Positions 56,501-64,000 of a DNA stretch of 64,000 nt are shown here, piece by piece. This stretch comes from Scenedesmus sp. PABB004 (taxonomy: Eukaryota). A program made the position numbers and the translations under genes. The notes under the pieces were generated by a model. That model saw only the letters and a program-made list of their open reading frames with translations. It did not search any database and was not told where the DNA came from. The stretch spans positions 620,001-684,000 of the forward strand of contig JABVCE010000010.1 of assembly GCA_014905635.1 (NCBI GenBank), read 5' to 3'. How positions within the stretch are numbered: the stretch's first letter is position 1; each line of letters opens with the position of its first letter.

Positions 56501-59500
56501 GGGTTGTACTTGGAGCCGGGGCTGCAGGCGTAGCGGCTGCCGTCGGAGTAGTATTGCTCGCACGTGCGGGTGACCGTGACGGGCGCAACCACGGGGCCGT
56601 TATTGTCTGGGTTGGGATCGTTGTCGGCCGACACGCGCGCAGAGTTGTTCCAGCTGCCCGCTGCAATGGCCGTGACCGGCACCAGGTACATGAGCTTGTC
56701 GCCAGCCACCACGGTGCTGGGGCCGCACGTGAGCACCTGCGCGACTTGGGAGCAGCCTGCGTGCGCGAGCAGCAGCAGCGCGCGCCGTGAGCGCCGACAG
56801 CGGGCGCGGCGCAGGCGCGCCAGCGAGCTGCCCAGCGCGCGTTGCCGCCCAGCCGGCAGCTCGACCGACGAGCTGAGCCCCCCCCCCCCCCCCGCCCCAA
56901 CCCGCCGCACCTGCTGGCAGGGGCGTGGCGAACGCGAGACCGGCCGGCAGCGTGTCGTTCACGATCACGCCCGTGGCGGTGGCGCTGCCCATGTTGGTGG
57001 CGGTGATGGTGTACGTGACCTGGTCGCTGATCAGCACCGACGGCGACGACACGCTCTTGGCGATTGACATGTCAGGGTCCCCGATGGGCGCAACCTGTGG
57101 GCATGACGGTTGGGGCAGTGAGTGTGAGTGGGCAGCTGCATGTGTTCCACATGTGTGCATGCTGCACTGCAGCGGCGTGCAAGCGGCGCGCTGTGCGCAG
57201 CGCGGCAGGCTGCCACGCTGCGCGTGGGTCCCCATGCGCCCTCGCACCTGGGTGATCGTGACTGTTGCGTTGCTCTTGTTGTTGCTGGGATCGCGGTCGT
57301 TGGTCGCCGACACCTCTGCGTAGTTGGTGTAAGTCCCGAGCCTGTTGCCCTTCGTGCGGATGTTGATGTAGCGCGTCTCAGCGAGGCTCATTGAGCCGAG
57401 AGAGCAAGTGATGAGCGGGAACTGCACGGTGCAGCCAGTGTCTGCGATGCGGGCGGGCGGGCGGCAAGCAAGGGCTCAGATCTGGAGCGCGCTGGCCGCT
57501 AGCGCAGCCTGGGTCAGGCCACCCAGGCGGTGCGTGTGCCGGCAGCAGCCCGTGCCACAAGGCGGCGCGCAATGCGTGCCCCACGGCGCCGTGCACGGCG
57601 CGCACCTGGTGTGACCGCAACCAGCTCAAGGCCGGTGGGCAGGGTGTCCTTGACCACAACGTTCTTTGCGCCCGCGAGGCCGTCCACCACGCGCACTGTC
57701 AGCAAGAAGTTGAACTCCTGGCCCGGCACCGGGTCGAAGCCGGGCCCTGTTTTGTAAATCGCGACGTCCGTGATGTCCGTGGGGTCAATGGGCTGGTCCG
57801 AGCAATAGCCTGACAGCCCCGCGCGCAGCAGCTTGCTTGTTTGGTGGCAGTACGGCGCGCTTGCCGGGCAGGTGCAGTTGATGGAGCCGCCGCAGCCGTC
57901 GCTGAAGGTGCCGCACAGCCCCACGTAAGTCGTGCACGACAGGCAGGCGACCTGCACAGTGCTGTTGGCCTGGTTGTTGCTCACGTTCTTGTCGCCGGTC
58001 GCGTTGACCGTGGCGACGTTGGTCCATGAGCCCCCGGCGGTGCCCTTGACGCGTACAGTGACAAACACCGTCTCCGCCAGCGACATGGGGCCGATGTTGC
58101 AGGTGATCGTGGCGCCCGAGGAGGCGCAGCTGCCCTTGTCAGGCTTGGCGGACACCAGCGCCAGCCCCGCGGGCAGCGTGTCTGTGACGTTGACGTCGTT
58201 GGCGCCGCTCTTGCCGTCCTTCACACGCACCGTGAGCGTGAAGTCAAACGCAGTGTCAACCAGCTGCGGGTCGGTGGGGCCACTCTTGTCAATGGAGACG
58301 TCCAGGTTGCGGCTGGGGACAAAGGGATCCTTGGAACAAAAGCCTGGGTCCGAGTTGCCGCGCAGCAGGTCGGTCTGGTGGCAGTACGGCTTGTCGGGCG
58401 GGCACGTGCAGGTGATGATGGTGCCGCAGTCGTTGTCGTAGGAGCCGCACAGGTCGGGGAAGTCGTAGCACGTCTTGCAGTCCGTCTGCGGCACGACAGG
58501 GCGGCAGCGGAACACGCGCGTGAGCCCAGGTCAGGGCCGGCACGAGCGCTTGCAGGTTGTGCAGCCGCGCTCGCCGGCTGCCCTGCCAGCCGCAGCAGCT
58601 GCCGACCGCAGCAGCGCAACCCAGCCGCCCCCGGCCGCCACTCACGCAGCAGGTCTGCTGGCTCGGGTTGGGGTTGGACGCCTGCGCTGGGTTGTACTTG
58701 GAGCCGGGGCTGCAATCGTAGCGGCCGCCAGTGGCGTTGTATTGCTCGCACGTGCGGGTGACCGTGACGGGCGCAACCACGGGGCCGTTGTTGAACGGGT
58801 TGGCGTCCTTGTTGGCCGACACGCGCGCAGAGTTGTTCCAGCTGCCCGCTGCTATGGCCGTGACCGGCACCAGGTACGTGAGCTTGTCCCCGGCGGCCAC
58901 GCTGCTGGGGCCGCACGTGAGCACCTGCGCGACTTGGGAGCAGCCTGCGTGCGCGAGCAGCAGCGCGCGCCGTGAGCGCCGACAGCGGTTGCGGCGCAGG
59001 CGCGCCAGCGAGCTGCCCAGCGCGCGCCGCCGCCCAGCCGACAGCTCGACCAACGAGCTGAGCCCCACAGCCCCACCCGGCGCACCTGCTGGCAGGGGCG
59101 TCGCGAACGCGAGCCCGGCCGGCAGCGTGTCGTTCACGATCACGCCCGTGGCGGTGGCATTGCCCACGTTGGTGGCGGTGATGGTGTAGGTGACCTGGTC
59201 GCTGATCAGCACCGACGGCGACGACACGCTCTTGGCGATTGACATGTCGGGCACGCGCTCGGCCTGAGGGCGGCGGTGTGCAGCGGCGGCACGCACGCAG
59301 GCGCGCAAGGGCGGAGGTGAGCGATGGTGGATGCTCAAGCCTCAGCGGCCCATGCTGGCCAGCGGCTGCCCACCATGCAGCAGGTGGCCTGGCTGGGGCT
59401 GGTGTTGTTGGCCTGCGTTGTGTTGAGCTCGGTGCCGGCCGAGCAGTTGAAGGGGCCGCCGTCCGCGGTGAAAACTGCGCACGTGGCGGTGACCGTGACC

Positions 59501-62500
59501 GGCGCCGTCACGGGGCCGTTGTTGACTGGGTTGCCGTCCTTGTCGGCGGTCACGCGCGCCGAGTTGTTCCAGCTGCCCGTTGCGACGGCCTTGGCAGGGA
59601 AGATAAAGGTCATGCTCTGACCCGGCGCCAGGTCAACGGGGCCGCAGGAGATGTTGCGGAAGAGCGGCTGCGCGCACAGCACCCGGTTCTCGCTGCACGC
59701 GCGCAGGCCAGCCAAGGAGCAATACTCGGCCGTGCCTGCACGGGGGCAGCGGCGGCTCAGCGGCGGCGGCTCAGCGGCGGTCTTGCAGGGCCGCGGCAGC
59801 TGGAGCGGAGCAGGCGCGGAGCTCGCCGCGCGACGCGCACCCGGCGGCAGTGGGGTGGTGATGACCACGCCTGGCGGGAAGTTGTCCACGACGACTGCGT
59901 TGTTAGCGGCCCCGTCACCGACGTTCGTGATGGTCACGGAATAGTTGAACGTGCCGCTGATCAGCAGCGTCGGGGTGGACGCGTTCTTGGTGATTGCGAC
60001 GTCAGGCTTCAGCAGGGTCTGCGGGGAGGCGGCAGCGCCAGGCGGGAGGCCGTTCAGCGACTGGGCGCGTGCGTGCGGCGCTCGCGCGCGAAGGGGTGGG
60101 AGGGGGAGTCCAGGTGCGCGCGGGGGGCTTTCGGCCCTTGGCACGCGGCGCGGCTCACGCAGCAGACATCCAGGCTGGGGTTGCGATCGTTTGCGGCGCT
60201 CGTGTTGAACACGTAGCCCGCGTCACAGACGTACGGCACCACGTTGTTGCCCAAGGGACCCAGCTTGTACTTGGCGCAGGTGTTATAGACCGTGACGTTG
60301 GCCACGACAGGGCCGTTGTTGGCAGTGTTGTTGTCGCCCTGCCCCGACACAACGGCGCTGTTGTCAAACTGCCCCGGCAGCGTGCTCGTCACCGGTATGA
60401 CGTAGCTCACGCTCGCGTTGACGACCAGCCGCGAGGGGCCACACGTCAACACCTGCCCCGCTGCGGAGCAGCCTGCGCGGCAGCGGCGGGCAGCGGCTCA
60501 GCAGGCAAGGATGGCATCGCACGCGCCGCGGGCACAAGCAAGCGCGCGCGCACGGTCAGGGGCGGAGAGCTGCCAGGAACATGCGGCCAGGCGGCCCGCC
60601 TGGCTGCGCGCGCACCCGCCGGCAGCGGCGTCTGGATCACGAGGCTGGCGGGGATGGTATCTGTGACCGTCACGTTGTTGGCGGTGACATTGTTTGGCGA
60701 CTGGTTGGTGACGCGGATCGTGTAGGCAAACGGCGTCCCGAGCTCAACCACCGGGCTGGAGACAACCTTGGTGATGGCAAGGTCAGAGCCTGGGCGTGGA
60801 GGGCAGGGCGGAGAGCGCGGCGGCGGGGGCAGGCGCATCAGCTGCAAGCCGGTTGCAAGCCGCTGGCTGCTCGTGGCGGGGCGGGCCTGCGGTCTGACGA
60901 GCCGGCGCCCAGGCGTGCGCCGCACCGTTGAGCGGCGGCGGTGGCGGCGGGCGCGCCGGCACCACGACCGTTGCCTGGGCCTTGTTGTTGTTCGCGTTGC
61001 CGTCCTGGGACGCGAAGACCTCAACAATGTTGGTCCAGTTGCCTGCTGCCGTGGCATTGGTGAGGAACGAGTAGCTCCAGGTCTGCGCCACCGGCATCAG
61101 CGTGTTGATGGTGCACTTGAGCTCGCGCGTGGCCGCCGTAAAGGCGCACGACGCTGTGGCGGCGGCGGCGGCGGCGGTGCATGTTGGGGGAGGGGGTCGG
61201 GCAGCAGCGGCCGGCCGGCGAGCTCCGCTGCGCGCTGCGGCGCCGCGCCCCACCCGCCGGCGAGCTGCCCAGCCGCGTGACGCCCGCGCTTGCGTTGTAC
61301 GCGAGCCCAGCCGGCAGCGTGTCGGTGAAGTTGAGCGGCGGCCGGATGTCAAACTTGCCGGTGTTGACCAGGTCAATGCGGAAGGTAAAGCTGCCGCCGA
61401 TGGGCTGCGGGCTCGCTGACGCCGACTTGGCGACGCCCGCGTCTGTGCACACGCCGCGCACGATCTCGGCCACCGCGGCCTGCAGCTGGTCGTAGTTTGC
61501 CACAGGGTAGTACTGCCCGAGGCTGCTCAGGAAGGCCGCGTCCACCGAGGAGCCCACGCCCACCGAGATGAGGGTGATCTTGTCGGCCTTGATGGCGTCA
61601 GCTGCGGTGCAGCGTGAGCGTGCGCGCGGTTTGGTGGTTGGGACCAGGCTGCGCCCGCTTGAAGGTCAGGGCGCGCTGCTGGCAAGCCGCGTCAGGGGCG
61701 CCACTGCCGCTGTCGCGGCCTGCGCCAACGCGGGTCCAATTGCTGCGGCTGCAGCGGTTGTTGCCGCTGGTGCAGCTGGCGCGGCTGGCGCGCTGCCGCT
61801 GCCCGGCAGTGCTGGTGCCATCGTTGCGCCCGGCCGCCCCGCTCACCGCGCAGCCTGACAGAGTTGTCAGCGCAGGTCTGCGTCGATGGCGCGCACACTT
61901 GGGGCGTTCCCGGTTCGTTCCTGACTGTGCAGGTACAGTTGGGCGGGCTCGCCGTGTTCTTGGTGTTTGGGTCGCCATCCGTGATCAGCATCACGATGCG
62001 CGGCAGCTCGGGGATGACGTTGCGCGTGATGATGCCGCCCTTCACGCCGTTGGTGACGTTGAAGCACGCTGCGCGCCGCGCGGCGAGCGGGTCGCAAGCG
62101 GACGGCCGGGCGCGGGCGCGGGCGCGGGCGCAGGCGCAGGCGCCGCCCGGCCCAGCACGGGGCGCTGCGGCAGGCTGGCGCGCGCGCCGCCGCACCGGCG
62201 AGGCCCGCCTCCATGTTGGTATAGCCCGCGCTGTAGGGCATGTTGTTGATGGCGGCCTTGGCGGCGGTGGCGTTGGTGGTCATATTCCCCAGCCCCGACA
62301 CGAGCACGGCGCGCGTGCTGAACTGATTCGCGCCCCACTGCGACACTGCGCACGGCGGGGCGCGCGGGCGGGGGCGGGGTCAGCGGCAGCCCGTGGGGCG
62401 GCGGCACGGCGGCATGACACGCTGCCGCTGCTGGTGCCGCCGCCGGTGCGCCGCCGGCCGCCAGCCGCCGCAGGCACGCTGCTGCGGCCGCGGCCGCAGA

Positions 62501-62786
62501 CCCGCACGCCGCCGCGGCGTGCGGCCGCACCGTCTGCCGTCTTGGTGACGCCGTCGATGACATCAACGACAAACTTCTTGGCCTTGACAAAGTCGGTGCT
62601 ACCGATGGAGCCGCTGTCGTCGATCGCAAAGCAAATAGCCACGCCGCACACGTTGACGGGCGCATCGCCCGCCTCGCGCGACAGCGGCGGCGTGGTCACC
62701 TGCGCCGCGGCGGCGGCCAGCAGCGCCAGCAGCAGCGCGAGCGCCGCCGCCGGCTGCGCCCGCCTCCGGGGCGGCGTCCGCCTCAT
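53588..62786 (-). CDS. Giant secreted adhesin-like protein: signal peptide, VWA domain, ~9 DUF11-type Ig-like domains with Cys-rich linkers, five GxCC repeats, C-terminal knottin-like modules
   Basis: Signal AAALALLLALLAAAAAQ; intact MIDAS (DDSGS..YTN..TDG); repeated D(L/V/M)xIxK..(F/Y)T(I/L)xVxN..V.V.DTLPAGL..C..W.N.A.V....D....NN; roughly 18 exons with clear splice sites. Confidence 0.88.
55056..59247 (-). repeat. Intragenic tandem duplication of a ~2.2-kb, three-DUF11 block including introns (57248-59247 vs 55056-57072)
   Basis: Near-identical exons (DMSIAKSVSSPSVLISDQVTY.., TDCKTCYDFPDLCGSY..) and near-identical introns (56310-56455 vs ~58498-58643) at an offset of ~2175-2190 bp. Confidence 0.92.
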
Positions 62787-64000
62787 GGCCGCGGCCGGAG
62801 CCAGGCCTGCGGCGGCGGCAGCACGGCGAGCAGCGGCGTCACCCGGTGGGCCGCTGCTGCTGCCGCCGCTGCCAGCCCTCGCGGTGCGGGCGCGGCCCCG
62901 CCGCGCGCACGCGCTGATCAGAATTCTGGCGCGGTACGCGCCTCCGCCGGCGCCCCCGCGGCCGCGCAGGCCCCGGGATGCCGCGCCGAAGCGTGCGGGA
63001 AGCCGGTCGCCCCGCCGCGCTGCGCCGCGCAGCCCCGCCCAATGAGCAGCGAGAAGCGGCAGCGGACCATGGGCGCACCCAACGTCGTCGGCGCGCGCGG
63101 CGTGGGGCCTGCAACGGCAGGCTGCTGCTGCTCACCGTATCGACCGCTGTGTCGCACCGACCGCTCGCCCCGCAGCTCGAATGCTTCCTACAGCGATCAG
63201 AGTCGCCCGAGAGGTGCTGCAGAAGCGCAACGGCTGCGCCTGGGGCTCGCTGCTGTGTTGTTGTTGAGTGGCCGCACGCGCTGTGGCCTGGCCGCGTCGG
63301 TGCGCGCCCGGTCGGTGTCTCTGGATCTGCGGAGCGCCAATCTCGCGCGTCGTCCGCCACGCGCGCGCGCGCGTGCGGCGTCACACGCCTGGCGGATGCC
63401 GACCGGTCGGGTGTTGACGAGTACGAACACCGCTGCGACGGCGCGTGCACTCCACGCGGCGCCGTGGCGCCTCGCGGAAAGGAGTGACAAGCAGGAGCAC
63501 GATCCGCGAAGAGGGCGTGGGCAGCCAAAAGTCATTGCTGCTCAGGGGTCACTCCACGCCGTGCCGCCGCTGTCGCGCGGCGCCTGGGGTGCGTCGGCGC
63601 CTGCAAGCGGCGGCCGCACGGGGCTCAGGTCTCACGGGCGGTGGGGTGGCAAGGCGGCCCAGCATCGCGACCTCGCGAGAGTGGCCTTACACAGGCGGCG
63701 GCGGAGCAGCGCGGCAGTCCCCTGCTGCTGGCACGGCGTCGAGCTCGCGCTGGGTCGGCCGGCCGCACCTCCACGCCGGGCACGTCGACGGGCGCGCTTG
63801 CCCGCCCCGCTCGACTGCGGCGCCGCCCGCGCAGCGCCGCCTGCGTGGCGAGCGCCGCGCAGCGTGCTGCCGAGCCGCGCGCGTGCGCGCGTGGCTGTCG
63901 CTGCTGCCTCATGAGTCGCCAGGCGGCGAGCAGGAGGTCCGGACCCCAGTTTCCAAGCGGCGCGGCGCACGGAGCGCCCTGCCGCACGCGCGAGAGCACA

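Noticed and set aside
62800..64000. ORFs at the right end of the window
   Set aside because: No recognisable domain or splice pattern; likely promoter or intergenic DNA, possibly the 3' UTR of a gene beyond the window (minus-strand TGTAA at 63687-63691).

Overview
Eukaryotic, extremely GC-rich, intron-rich DNA. The TGTAA polyadenylation signals, GTGCGC/GTGAGC donors, GCAG acceptors and the VDR and CDSP32-like genes point to a chlorophyte green alga, probably Sphaeropleales (inference). Most ORFs in the six-frame track are GC artefacts, so gene models were rebuilt by hand from splice signals and protein motifs. About 19 genes are supported: a kinesin-5-like tail, a secreted multi-repeat peptide precursor, a single-pass membrane protein, an Ala-rich secreted protein, an ePHD+SET protein, signal peptide peptidase, an unknown coiled-coil protein, an EEF1AKMT4/METTL13-like methyltransferase, a UGT80-like glycosyltransferase, a PHT4/SLC17 anion transporter, an ARM protein, LCB2, VDR, a two-thioredoxin protein, LipB, a fasciclin protein, a giant VWA + 9xDUF11 + Cys-rich secreted protein, and two weak hypotheticals. 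The standout is the gene at 1554-4275 (-). It encodes a ~766-aa prepro-protein with 14 near-identical and 2 variant copies of the core GQAHSGGSTGPDSWQYWAPQ, each flanked by an upstream ER and a downstream RALL-type putative protease site. This is the layout of a multi-core peptide (RiPP, pheromone or neuropeptide-like) precursor. Also notable: the bacterial-style DUF11 adhesin with a recent internal duplication, frequent GC-AG introns, and several apparent small frameshifts that are probably assembly errors.
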